Of a stretch of 64,000 nt of DNA, positions 1 through 8,316 are shown piece after piece. The notes beneath the pieces are model-generated. The model saw only the letters and a list, made by a program, of their open reading frames with translations. It was not told the origin of the DNA and searched no databases. This DNA comes from Burkholderiales bacterium (GTDB taxonomy: Bacteria; Pseudomonadota; Gammaproteobacteria; Burkholderiales; Ga0077523), in assembly GCA_965279325.1 (NCBI GenBank), contig OZ257154.1, positions 5,030,510 through 5,094,509 on the forward strand, given 5' to 3'. The position numbers and the translations under genes are program-made. Position 1 is the stretch's first letter, and every line of letters begins with the position of its first letter.

Positions 1-6
1 CCACGC

Positions 7-366
7 TCACCAGCGATACCAGTAGGGCCACGGTCCGTAGTAAGGCCGATACGGCGAACCCCAGCCGTAGCCCCAGTACATGCTCTGGTAGCGCAGGCGG
101 GTGTCCATCTCGACGCTGGCGATGTAGGTGCCCTGCATGTAGTCGAGGACGGTGTCGTCCACGCCGTCTTCGCGCAGTTTCGCGAACTGCGATCCCGACA
201 GCACGAACACGGTGCGCGAGTCCTTCAGCTTGTTGATGATGTCGGCCGGCGGCGTCCCTGCCTTCGACATCTGGATCACCTGCTCCAGCGTCACGGGCTC
301 GCGCTTCTCGAACGACGCGCAGGCCGTCATGGCCGCCGAGGCCAGGACGATCAACGCCAATCGCAT
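7..366 (-). CDS. Small hypothetical lipoprotein with aromatic/Gly-rich C-terminal tail
   Basis: ORF 7..402. Internal ATG at 366 gives the lipoprotein signal MRLALIVLASAAMTAC, 4 nt after the stop (371) of the upstream ORF. C-terminus is YWGYGWGSPYRPYYGPWPYWYRW. No family recognised. Confidence 0.6.
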   Translation of the reverse strand: MRLALIVLASAAMTACASFEKREPVTLEQVIQMSKAGTPPADIINKLKDSRTVFVLSGSQFAKLREDGVDDTVLDYMQGTYIASVEMDTRLRYQSMYWGYGWGSPYRPYYGPWPYWYRW

Positions 367-370
367 GGCG

Positions 371-844
371 CTACGGTGCATCGATCGAAGTGTCGCGAAC
401 ATTTTCCGGCGTTCTCCTCAGGAGGTAGGCGGCGGCCGCGGCGTAGCCCGCAAGCAGCGCGTGAACGAACAACGACGGGCTGAACGGGGGTTCTCCCGCG
501 GCAGTACGGGCGAGGGCCGTGAGCACCTCGGCGCCGGCGAACAACGTCACCCAGGCCAGTGCCGGGGGCAGTACCAGGGGAGCCGTACCCGCATCACTTC
601 CCGCCAGTCGAAGGGCGAGACGCGCCATCGGCGCGGACAACAGCGGAAGGATCAGCGCCAGCAGCGCGAACGGCGCATAGATCGCCGCCATCAGGCCGGA
701 GGATGCCCGGTCGGGGCCGGCGATGCCCACGGTTCCACCCCAGAAGAACGCCGCCGCCGCGGCCGCGACCAGGGTCGTGACCGTGACGAGTGCCGAGGTA
801 AGCATGACGAGGATCAAGGTGCGGGGCATGGCCGGGTGGAACAA
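371..844 (-). CDS. Hypothetical integral membrane protein
   Basis: ORF track 371..844. Ala/Leu-rich with about four hydrophobic spans. Same strand as, and abutting, the lipoprotein gene. No family recognised. Confidence 0.45.
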   Translation of the reverse strand: MFHPAMPRTLILVMLTSALVTVTTLVAAAAAAFFWGGTVGIAGPDRASSGLMAAIYAPFALLALILPLLSAPMARLALRLAGSDAGTAPLVLPPALAWVTLFAGAEVLTALARTAAGEPPFSPSLFVHALLAGYAAAAAYLLRRTPENVRDTSIDAP

Positions 845-964
845 TGACGCTCGGTTAGACGCCGGTGCGGGGGAGTGGGTTCAAGTCGGATGACGTCGCG
901 TCCGGCATCCCCCACCGGGTCTGGAACAGGATCGCGACCGTCGCAATTTTCCAGGAGAACTGCC

Positions 965-1252
965 ATGTCCCTGTTTGCCCGCCTGCTGCTCGCCGGTTCT
1001 GCGCTCATGGCGGCCTCGACCCCGTCGTCGGCCGCGGATCTCGATCGCGGGCGGTCGTTGCACGACACCCACTGCGTGTTGTGCCACACCCCGTCCGTGT
1101 ACTCGCGCGAAGACCGCATCGCCAACAGCTACCTCGAGATCCGCCAGCAGGTGCAGCGCTGGCAGGACAACACGAAACTGCGCTGGAGCCCGTACGACAT
1201 CGATAGCGTGGCCGAATTCCTCGCCGACAAGCATTACAAGATCCCGTACTAG
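965..1252 (+). CDS. Small secreted monohaem c-type cytochrome-like protein
   Basis: CVLCH (CxxCH) haem-binding motif. ATG at 965 gives the signal peptide MSLFARLLLAGSALMAAS. AGGAGA SD lies about 7 nt upstream. The longer 875 start is probably an over-extension. Confidence 0.65.
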   Translation: MSLFARLLLAGSALMAASTPSSAADLDRGRSLHDTHCVLCHTPSVYSREDRIANSYLEIRQQVQRWQDNTKLRWSPYDIDSVAEFLADKHYKIPY

Positions 1253-1255
1253 CCT

Positions 1256-1468
1256 TCAGGCCATGATATCCGGATCGATCTGGCGCTCGAGCCACGCGAT
1301 CTGGTCCTTGAGCAGCAGCTTGCGCTTCTTCAGGCGGCGCAGGCGCAGTTCGTCGTGGCCCGGATCGTCGGTGACCCGCGCGATGACGTCGTCCAGGTCG
1401 CTGTGCTCGCTCTTCAATTCCTGGAGGCGATGCAGCATCGCCGCCTTTGGCAGCACGTCTTCGCTCAT
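1256..1468 (-). CDS. DUF465 (YdcH-like) small protein
   Basis: 70 aa with the family pattern L..L...H..LD..I ... LKKRKLLLKDQI. Its ATG overlaps the stop of the upstream dioxygenase gene (ATGA). Confidence 0.7.
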   Translation of the reverse strand: MSEDVLPKAAMLHRLQELKSEHSDLDDVIARVTDDPGHDELRLRRLKKRKLLLKDQIAWLERQIDPDIMA

Positions 1469-2145
1469 GGCTTTGTCCGCGAAAGCAGTGCACTGCCGAG
1501 CACAACGTCGAATCGGCCCGCCAATTCGCCACCAGGGTCGGGCGAGCGCTCGAGCGGCACGATCAGCGCCTCCCGGGCCTTGCGATCGGTCACGTTACGC
1601 AGGAGAAAGTCCCGGGTGTTCTCGGGGGCGCCGGCCAGGTACATCTGCGTGTAGAAGGGACCGAAGCCTGGTCCCGTGAGCGCGAAGTGGATGTGCGGCG
1701 CGCGTCCGGGATAGGCGACCGGCTTGACCGTTCGGAACCGATAGCCGCCCTCGGCATCGCTCACCGTTTCGCCGTAGCCCTGGAAATTCGGATCCATCGG
1801 CAGGTCGCTGTCGTCGTGGGGATGGTGATAGCGTCCGAAGCCGTTCACCTGCCAGATCTCGATCTTCACGCCCGATACGGGCTTGCCGCCGGTGTCGAGG
1901 ATCCGGCCCGCGACGTCGAGGATCGTGCCCTTCGCCTTGCCGGTGCCGCCTGCAACGGTGACCAGATCGTTGTCGCGATCCAGCGGCAGCGTGAGCGGAT
2001 AGAACGGGCCTTCCATCTGCGCAGGCGTGGCGAGCAATTCCGCCAGCGCGAACTTCGCGCCGATCCATGGAGCGAAGCCGGCGGCCGTCGCGCCGATCAG
2101 CCGCCGCCGCTTGCGGGATGGAACGCCGTTCGCCTCACGCGTCAC
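1465..2145 (-). CDS. Intradiol ring-cleavage dioxygenase-like protein with Tat signal
   Basis: GTG start. Twin-arginine leader SRKRRRLIGATAAG..ALA. Core motifs: GPFYP, EIWQVNGFGRYHHP, GGYRFRTVKPVAYPGRAPHIHF. Confidence 0.75.
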   Translation of the reverse strand: MTREANGVPSRKRRRLIGATAAGFAPWIGAKFALAELLATPAQMEGPFYPLTLPLDRDNDLVTVAGGTGKAKGTILDVAGRILDTGGKPVSGVKIEIWQVNGFGRYHHPHDDSDLPMDPNFQGYGETVSDAEGGYRFRTVKPVAYPGRAPHIHFALTGPGFGPFYTQMYLAGAPENTRDFLLRNVTDRKAREALIVPLERSPDPGGELAGRFDVVLGSALLSRTKP

Positions 2146-2160
2146 GCTTCGCGCCTCGCA

Positions 2161-2904
2161 TCAATATCGGTTGTACTGCTCGAGCGCCTTCAGCATCGAC
2201 TTCGTCTCCTGGATGATCGGGACCATCCGGGTTTCCTTGTCGGCGTATTGCGCGAGCAGTTCCAGGACTCTGCCGGCTGCCTGCTGCGGCACGACGACCA
2301 CGCCATCGGTGTCCGCGACGAGATAGTCGCCCGGATGCACCATCACGCCGCCGCACAGCACGGGAATCTGCTTGTCGACGCTCACCATGCGGCCCACCGA
2401 CGTGGCCGGGCTCACGCGCCGCGACCACACCGGCAGTCCGATCTGCCGGATCTCGGTGACGTCGCGCACCGCGCCGTCGATGACAGCGCCCTCCAGGCCC
2501 CGGACCTTCGCCGTGGTGGCCATCAGGTTGCCCATGGCGGCGATCTCGAGGCCGTCCTGCATGACGTACACGAGAATGCTGCCGGGCTCGGCCTGGTCGA
2601 GGATCTCCAGCAGGTGGTTCTGGTACTTGCGGGTGTCGTTGCGCAGCACCGGGCGCATCAGTGCGGTCGCCGCCCGACCGACGATCTTCGTATCGAGGAT
2701 CGGTTTCATGTCGGACGACATCCAGCCGCGGGCGCCGGTGGCCTCGTCCACCGCATCGGCGATGTTGCCCGTGCTGTTGATCGGGTCGCGCAGCGCGGCG
2801 AGAATCGCCTCGTGCGTGACCGGGTTCGGCTGATCGGCGGCCATCGCCATCGTCGCGAGGGCGACGAGGAGCGAAGCCGGGAACGCAGTGCACAAACGGA
2901 CCAT
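2161..2904 (-). CDS. RraA / HMG-CHA aldolase family protein with predicted N-terminal signal peptide
   Basis: RraA-like core (AAMGNLMATTAKVRGLEGAVIDGAVRDVTEI). ATG at 2904 is preceded by GAGGAA. N-terminus MVRLCTAFPASLLVALATMAMAADQP looks like a Sec signal. Confidence 0.7.
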   Translation of the reverse strand: MVRLCTAFPASLLVALATMAMAADQPNPVTHEAILAALRDPINSTGNIADAVDEATGARGWMSSDMKPILDTKIVGRAATALMRPVLRNDTRKYQNHLLEILDQAEPGSILVYVMQDGLEIAAMGNLMATTAKVRGLEGAVIDGAVRDVTEIRQIGLPVWSRRVSPATSVGRMVSVDKQIPVLCGGVMVHPGDYLVADTDGVVVVPQQAAGRVLELLAQYADKETRMVPIIQETKSMLKALEQYNRY

Positions 2905-2993
2905 CGTTTCCTCTTCAAGGGGTTCGGTCGGGACGAGGAAATGATACGCCGCTCCGCATCGCCCCCCGATCACGCCTCACGGAGGAACATCCA

Positions 2994-3902
2994 TTGACCG
3001 ACCCGTCGCCCCGCTTCCACGGCATCTACCCGATGCTCTACGCGTACTTCGACCGTGCGGGTACGCTCGATCGGCAATGCATGCGGCGCCAGGTGGACGT
3101 CGCCATGGCCGGCGGCGCGCATGGGGTCGCGGTTCTGGGTCTCGCGACCGAAGTGAACAAGCTCTCGGATGCCGAGCGGCGCGCGCTCGTCGACTGGGCG
3201 GTGGAAGACCTCGGTGGGCGCAAGCCGCTCGCGGTCACCGTGGCGGCGGGCAGCGTGAACGAGCAGATCGCCTTCGCGCGTTTCGCGGCCTCACGCGGCG
3301 CAGCCTGGGCGATTCTCCAGCCGCCGCCCGAGCGCGGCGAGCCCGAGGCGTTCTATCGCCGGCATTTCGGCGCGGTGATGGATGCCGTGGACCTGCCGGT
3401 GGCGATCCAGAACGCGCCGGAATACATCGGCGTCGGCGTATCGGCCGAGGGCATCGCGGAACTCGCCACGCAGCACGCGAACTTCACGGTGCTCAAGGGC
3501 GAAGGTCCGGTGATCCAGATCCGCCGCGTGATCGAGGAAACCGGTGGGCGCCTGGCCGTCTTCAACGGTCGCAACGGACAGGAACTCCCCGACAATCTGC
3601 GCGCGGGATGCGCGGGCATGATCCCCGCGACCGATACTTTCGATCGTCAGGTGCGCATCTTCGAGGCGATGTGCGCCGGCCATGAAGCGGAGGCGGAGGC
3701 CGTCTATCGCGAAGTGCTGCCGGCGATCATCTTCGGCATGCAGTCGCTCGATGCGCTCATCTGCTACGGCAAGCGCATCGCGTCGCTGCGGATGGGACTC
3801 GGCGGGCGGGTCTACGACCGCGCGCCGGCGCTGGCGCCTTCGGAGTTCGGACTGGATTGTGCCCGGCGCTTCGCCGCGGCATTGGGACCGCTGCCCGGCT
3901 GA
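2994..3902 (+). CDS. Dihydrodipicolinate synthase / N-acetylneuraminate lyase family class I aldolase
   Basis: TTG start with GGAGGA 7 nt upstream. DapA-family N-terminal pattern: HGIYPMLYAYF..G.LD......QVD....GGAHGVAVLGLATE. Confidence 0.75.
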   Translation: MTDPSPRFHGIYPMLYAYFDRAGTLDRQCMRRQVDVAMAGGAHGVAVLGLATEVNKLSDAERRALVDWAVEDLGGRKPLAVTVAAGSVNEQIAFARFAASRGAAWAILQPPPERGEPEAFYRRHFGAVMDAVDLPVAIQNAPEYIGVGVSAEGIAELATQHANFTVLKGEGPVIQIRRVIEETGGRLAVFNGRNGQELPDNLRAGCAGMIPATDTFDRQVRIFEAMCAGHEAEAEAVYREVLPAIIFGMQSLDALICYGKRIASLRMGLGGRVYDRAPALAPSEFGLDCARRFAAALGPLPG

Positions 3903-3910
3903 CGGACTCG

Positions 3911-4573
3911 TCAGCTCGTCGACGTCTTGCGGATGTGGATGGTGCCGGCCGAACCGGGCTTGCTGTAGCGCTTGTAGTAGGCCAGGACCTTCGGGACGTA
4001 CTGCCGCGTCTCCTGGTAGGGCGGGATGTTGCCGTAGCGCATCACCGCGCCCTCGCCGGCGTTGTAGGCCGCGAGCGCGAGCCGCATGTCGTTGCCGAAC
4101 ATGCCCATCAGGTCCTTCAGGTAGCGCGTGCCGGCATCGATGTTCTGGCGGGCGTCGAGCAGATTCGTGGCGCCGTAGCGCGCCCCGGTCTCGGGGATGA
4201 GTTGCATCAGGCCGCGGGCGCCCTTGGGCGAACGCGCGAACTGGTTGTAGCCGGACTCCGCGGAGATGACCGCGTGGATCAGGGCGGCGTCCACGCCGTG
4301 CTGGCGGGCGGCTGCCTGGACGTGATCGTCGTACTTGTTGCGGGCGACCGGGGAATAACGGCGAGCGGCGCGATCCTCGACGATCCTGGAGACGGCCGAA
4401 GGCTCCTTGTCGAGCTTGAGGTGCAGCTGGCAGCGGGGATCTTCGGGCACGTTCGTGAACAGCGGGGTGCCGTCCGCCTGCACGCACTTGTAGATATCGG
4501 CCCCTGCAAGGCCGCTCTGCGTCAGGGCGATGCCTCCGAGCGCGAGGGTCAGGAACACGGTCTTCAGGTGCAT
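3911..4573 (-). CDS. Lytic transglycosylase (SLT domain) with DUF4124-like N-terminal region
   Basis: Signal peptide, then DIYKCVQADGTPLFTN (DUF4124-like). SLT motifs: ISAESGYN, GARGLMQLIP, AAYNAGEGAV. Confidence 0.8.
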   Translation of the reverse strand: MHLKTVFLTLALGGIALTQSGLAGADIYKCVQADGTPLFTNVPEDPRCQLHLKLDKEPSAVSRIVEDRAARRYSPVARNKYDDHVQAAARQHGVDAALIHAVISAESGYNQFARSPKGARGLMQLIPETGARYGATNLLDARQNIDAGTRYLKDLMGMFGNDMRLALAAYNAGEGAVMRYGNIPPYQETRQYVPKVLAYYKRYSKPGSAGTIHIRKTSTS

Positions 4574-4811
4574 GGCAGTTTCGTTTTCTTATCTGAAACA
4601 GATAGTTGAAGACATCCGACGGAGCGTCGGGCTCGCTCCGTCGGAGCGCAGGCTTGAGGTCAGCAACTTCTCTGCCATGCCGCCTGCGCCTTAAGCTTAA
4701 CGGCCGGGGGCGCAGGGGCTTGAGCCGTTCGTCAGGCCTCGGGACGTACCCGCTAGTCTCGAGACGGTGCCGTGTCCCGCTGGAGCGGCGACTCGACGGG
4801 GTATCGCGCCG

Positions 4812-5705
4812 CTACTGCTTGCGGCGGGGGATCAGCACGGTCGCGACGGCGGCGACGATCAGGGTCAGGGCGGCGTAATCCGACCATTCCGGCCGTTCTC
4901 CGAGCAGCAGCATGCCGCTGAACACGGCGACCACCGGGATCGTCAGGGTGCCCAACGCGCTCACGCCGGCGGGGGCGAGCGAGACGATCTTGAACCAGAT
5001 CCAGTGGCAGATGATGAACGCGACGATCATGTTGTACACGAGGCCCACCATCGCCGACGGACCGATGGGGCGCCACTGCGACGGCTCGAGCAGGAGGGCC
5101 CCGATGCCGAGCGGGATGCCGCCCAGCAGGAGGTTCCAGCCGGTGAAGCTGGTAGTGGGCAACGAGCTCGGATACTTCTTCGTGAGAGTCGTTCCGGTTG
5201 CCCAGGACACCGCTGCTGCGATGATCAGCAGCGCGCCGAACGGGGCTGCCTTGAGCGAGGTGAACTCGGTGCCGAGCAGCAGTGCCAGGCCGCCCATGCC
5301 GAGGCCGATGCCGGCCAGCCGGCGCCGCGTGAGCTTCTCGTGCAGGATCGGCGCCGACAGCAGCACCGTCCACAGCGGCATGGTGTAGGCGAGGATCGCC
5401 GAGCGACCCGAAGGCATCATCTGGATGCCGTACGCGATGAGCACGTTCCATAGCGTGACGTTGCACAGTGACATCAACGCCAGCGTCCGCAATTCCCCGC
5501 GTGGGATGCTGATGCGCAGCCCGCTCGCCCGCGCGATAGCGAAGAGCCCGGCGGCACCGGCCGCGACGCACAGGAAGCGGAACGTGAAGACGGGAATGTC
5601 CGCGAGCCCCATCTTGATCATGGGCCAGTTCATCCCCCAGCCGAGGGTGAGGATGGCGAGCAGCAGCCACGTGGAGCGAGGCAAGGTGGCGGTGTTCGGG
5701 CTCAT
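4812..5705 (-). CDS. EamA/DMT family transporter
   Basis: About 10 hydrophobic helices with duplicated EamA-like halves. Start is uncertain: ATG at 5705 or 5717, track start 5741. Confidence 0.75.
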   Translation of the reverse strand: MSPNTATLPRSTWLLLAILTLGWGMNWPMIKMGLADIPVFTFRFLCVAAGAAGLFAIARASGLRISIPRGELRTLALMSLCNVTLWNVLIAYGIQMMPSGRSAILAYTMPLWTVLLSAPILHEKLTRRRLAGIGLGMGGLALLLGTEFTSLKAAPFGALLIIAAAVSWATGTTLTKKYPSSLPTTSFTGWNLLLGGIPLGIGALLLEPSQWRPIGPSAMVGLVYNMIVAFIICHWIWFKIVSLAPAGVSALGTLTIPVVAVFSGMLLLGERPEWSDYAALTLIVAAVATVLIPRRKQ

Positions 5706-5751
5706 GGCGCCGCGCATGCTACACGCCCGAAGCGTTAACATCCGCCCTCAC

Positions 5752-6141
5752 ATGCAAACCGTCCTCCGATTTCTCATCTTCTGGGGCCTCAACACCCTCA
5801 CGCTCTGGGTGGCCTCGCAGCTGCTGCCGGGGCTTGCCTTTTCCGGGCCCGAGGCGCTGCTGCTCGCGGGCCTCGCCTTCGGCGTGGTCAACACGTTCCT
5901 GAAGCCGATCCTGTTCATCCTCACGCTGCCCATCACCTTCGTGACGCTCGGGTTGTTCGTGCTGGTGCTGAACACGCTGATCCTGTTCCTGATCGCGTGG
6001 CTGGTGCCGGGCTTCACGGTGGGCACGTTCTGGCAGGCGTTCTTCGCCGCGCTTTTCATCTCGTTCTTCAGCTTCCTGCTGAACCTGATGTTGCGAGGCA
6101 CGGTAGTGCGCATCAAGGTCGACCGGTCGATCGAAAAATAG
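5752..6141 (+). CDS. Phage-holin-family / DUF360 (YvlD-like) membrane protein
   Basis: ATG at 5752 within ORF 5425..6141. 129 aa with four hydrophobic helices (LRFLIFWGLNTLTLWVASQLLPG...). The upstream part of the track ORF is antisense to the EamA gene. Confidence 0.65.
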   Translation: MQTVLRFLIFWGLNTLTLWVASQLLPGLAFSGPEALLLAGLAFGVVNTFLKPILFILTLPITFVTLGLFVLVLNTLILFLIAWLVPGFTVGTFWQAFFAALFISFFSFLLNLMLRGTVVRIKVDRSIEK

Positions 6142-6175
6142 CGGTTCGAACATCACCACAAACAAGGGGAGAGAG

Positions 6176-7126
6176 ATGAAACGTCACGCTGGATTTTTCG
6201 CACTGGCGCTTTGCGCCGCGACCCAACCGGCCCTGGCCGAGGGCTGGATGCCGCCCGCGCCGGAAGCACGCTGCCCTTCGAAGTGGGGTGCGGCCGACGT
6301 GCGCGGTGCCGCGAATCTGCAGAGCGCGAAGCAGGTGCTGAAGGCTGCGGGCCTGATCCGCAGCGGCGAGGTGATCGAGCTCGGGCGCACGCTGTCGTCC
6401 GACATGCCGTTCTTCGGCACGCGCAAGTTCGAGGTCCACCTGAAACGCACCGGACCGTCGCTCGGCGCGAACCAGCGCCGGAGCAATGAGGAACTGATCT
6501 TCACCGAACTGGGTCAGGTCGGTACGCAGTTCGACATGTTCCCGCACCAGACGATCGGCGATTCGACCTACAACTGCGTGAAGATCGACGACATCGCCAC
6601 GCGCGGCGGCTTCACGAAGATGGGGGTCGACGGCATCGGCATGCTGTTCACGCGCGGCATCCTGATCGACGTGGCGGCATCGAAGGGTGTCGACATGCTG
6701 CAGGCCGGCTACGAGATCACGCCCGACGATCTCCAGGCGGCGCTGAAACGCCAGAACATGACCATCCAGCCCGGCGACGCCGTCCTGATCCACTCCGGCT
6801 ACGGCAAGCTCTGGGGTGTCGACAACGCCAAGTACAACGGCTCCACGCCCGGCATCGGAGCTTATGCGGCGGAATGGCTCGCAAAGCAGGACGTGATGCT
6901 GATGGGCGCCGACACCTTCGGCGTCGAAGTCACGCCCAATCCGGACAAGGCCATCAGCCTGCCCGTGCACCAGATCGCGCTCGTGGTGAACGGCATCTTC
7001 CTGCTCGAGAACATGAAGCTGGACGAGCTCGCCGCGAAGCAGTTGTACGAGTTCGCCTTCGCGGTCCAGCCGCTCAAGATCAAGGGCGGGACGGGTTCGA
7101 CGGTGGCGCCGGTGGCGATTCACTGA
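6176..7126 (+). CDS. Cyclase family protein (kynurenine-formamidase-like fold), secreted
   Basis: Signal peptide MKRHAGFFALALCAATQPALA. Cyclase-like core with GTQFDMFPH in place of the usual HxGTHxDxPxH. The GxGxD..GVE region is present. Confidence 0.6.
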   Translation: MKRHAGFFALALCAATQPALAEGWMPPAPEARCPSKWGAADVRGAANLQSAKQVLKAAGLIRSGEVIELGRTLSSDMPFFGTRKFEVHLKRTGPSLGANQRRSNEELIFTELGQVGTQFDMFPHQTIGDSTYNCVKIDDIATRGGFTKMGVDGIGMLFTRGILIDVAASKGVDMLQAGYEITPDDLQAALKRQNMTIQPGDAVLIHSGYGKLWGVDNAKYNGSTPGIGAYAAEWLAKQDVMLMGADTFGVEVTPNPDKAISLPVHQIALVVNGIFLLENMKLDELAAKQLYEFAFAVQPLKIKGGTGSTVAPVAIH

Positions 7127-7158
7127 CGAATGGCGCATCGGTAGAGGGGGAGAGATTC

Positions 7159-7812
7159 ATGGGTACGCGTCCCGTCGTCGACTGGTACTTCGACGTGATC
7201 TCCCCCTTCGCCTATCTGCAGGCCGAGCGGCTGGCCGAGGTCGAAGCCGTCGCCGAGGTGCGCTGCGTGCCGATCCTGTTCGCAGGCCTGCTCGAACGCT
7301 GGGGCCAGAAGGGTCCGGCCGAGATCGCACCGAAACGCCGCTTCACCTATCGGTATTTCGTCTGGGCAGCCACACGGCGGGGACTCACGCCGAAGGTGCC
7401 TCCTGCGCATCCGTTCAATCCGCTGAAACTCCTGCGGCTCGCCATCGCGCTGGACGCGCGGCGCGATGCGGTGCTCGACATCTTCCGTTTCGTGTGGCGC
7501 GATGGCATGAGTTCCGACGACCCGGCATCGTGGAAGTTGCTGTGCGACCGGCTCGGCGTGCCTGATGCGGATGCACGCATCGCAGCCCCCGAAGTGAAAG
7601 CGCGACTGCGCGAGAACGGTGAACGAGCGACCGGCGCGGGCGTGTTCGGCGTGCCGACCTTCGTCACCGCCGACGGTGAAGTGTTCTGGGGCGAGGACTC
7701 GACCGCGATGCTGCTCGATTATCTGTCCGGCGCGCCGGTGTTCCGCACGGCGGAGATGAACGGTGCGGATGACCTGCCCATGGCTGCGCAGCGGATCCCG
7801 CTGACCCGGTAG
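7159..7812 (+). CDS. 2-hydroxychromene-2-carboxylate isomerase / DsbA-like thioredoxin-fold protein
   Basis: ATG at 7159 inside ORF 6874..7812. N-terminus VDWYFDVISPFAYL is typical of the family. C-terminal GVFGVPTFV..GE.FWG.D. Confidence 0.75.
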   Translation: MGTRPVVDWYFDVISPFAYLQAERLAEVEAVAEVRCVPILFAGLLERWGQKGPAEIAPKRRFTYRYFVWAATRRGLTPKVPPAHPFNPLKLLRLAIALDARRDAVLDIFRFVWRDGMSSDDPASWKLLCDRLGVPDADARIAAPEVKARLRENGERATGAGVFGVPTFVTADGEVFWGEDSTAMLLDYLSGAPVFRTAEMNGADDLPMAAQRIPLTR

Positions 7813-7913
7813 GCGTTTCGGGCGCGCAGCGGCGCGGTCGCCCTCCAGTTGCGGCCCGGCGTGCCGATGACTGCACCGTGACCCATTCCGCTGCGCGCGG
7901 AGCCCGCACGACC

Positions 7914-8309
7914 ATGAAACCAAGACACTACGCTGTGCTGTTGCTGCCCCTCGCGCTGCTGGCCGGCTGCGACAGTCGCGAGCGCGCCACCCGCAACGAG
8001 ATCTACCAGCTCGCGTTCCGCAAGGCGCAGTTGCAGGACGCCCTCGAAGTCTGCGACCCCAAGGCTGCAACCACCAAGGAACATGCCGAGGCATGGCAGG
8101 ACGTGTTCGAAACGGCGGAGGGCTGGCTCGACATCACGGCCCAGGGCATCGCGAATCGCCAGGCGGCGGCGCGGGAAGAACCGGTCGACGTCCCGGAGAA
8201 CGCGTGCCCGATGGTGCGGCAGGCGCTGAAGACTTCGATGACCGAGGCGTCGCGCTGGTCGGCTCGGGTTACTGCGCGCGAGATGTGCGGTTGGATGTCG
8301 TGCGACTGA
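7914..8309 (+). CDS. Hypothetical lipoprotein
   Basis: ATG at 7914 gives MKPRHYAVLLLPLALLAGC (lipobox). No family recognised. Confidence 0.55.
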   Translation: MKPRHYAVLLLPLALLAGCDSRERATRNEIYQLAFRKAQLQDALEVCDPKAATTKEHAEAWQDVFETAEGWLDITAQGIANRQAAAREEPVDVPENACPMVRQALKTSMTEASRWSARVTAREMCGWMSCD

Positions 8310-8316
8310 CCTAGCG

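Noticed and set aside
1447-2997. 516-aa plus-strand ORF.
   Set aside because: It is antisense to the DUF465, dioxygenase-like and RraA-like genes, all of which have clear family motifs, signal peptides and coupled starts and stops.
3291-4487. 398-aa minus-strand ORF, plus several 170-250-aa ORFs across 3.0-4.6 kb.
   Set aside because: They overlap the DapA-family gene (antisense) and the lytic transglycosylase (out of frame). They are Arg-rich shadow frames.
4589-4678. 29-codon minus-strand ORF (MAEKLLTSSLRSDGASPTLRRMSSTICFR) inside the hairpin-rich intergenic region, considered as a possible leader peptide.
   Set aside because: It has no SD and no run of regulatory codons, and it spans the hairpins rather than preceding them. 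It cannot be distinguished from chance.
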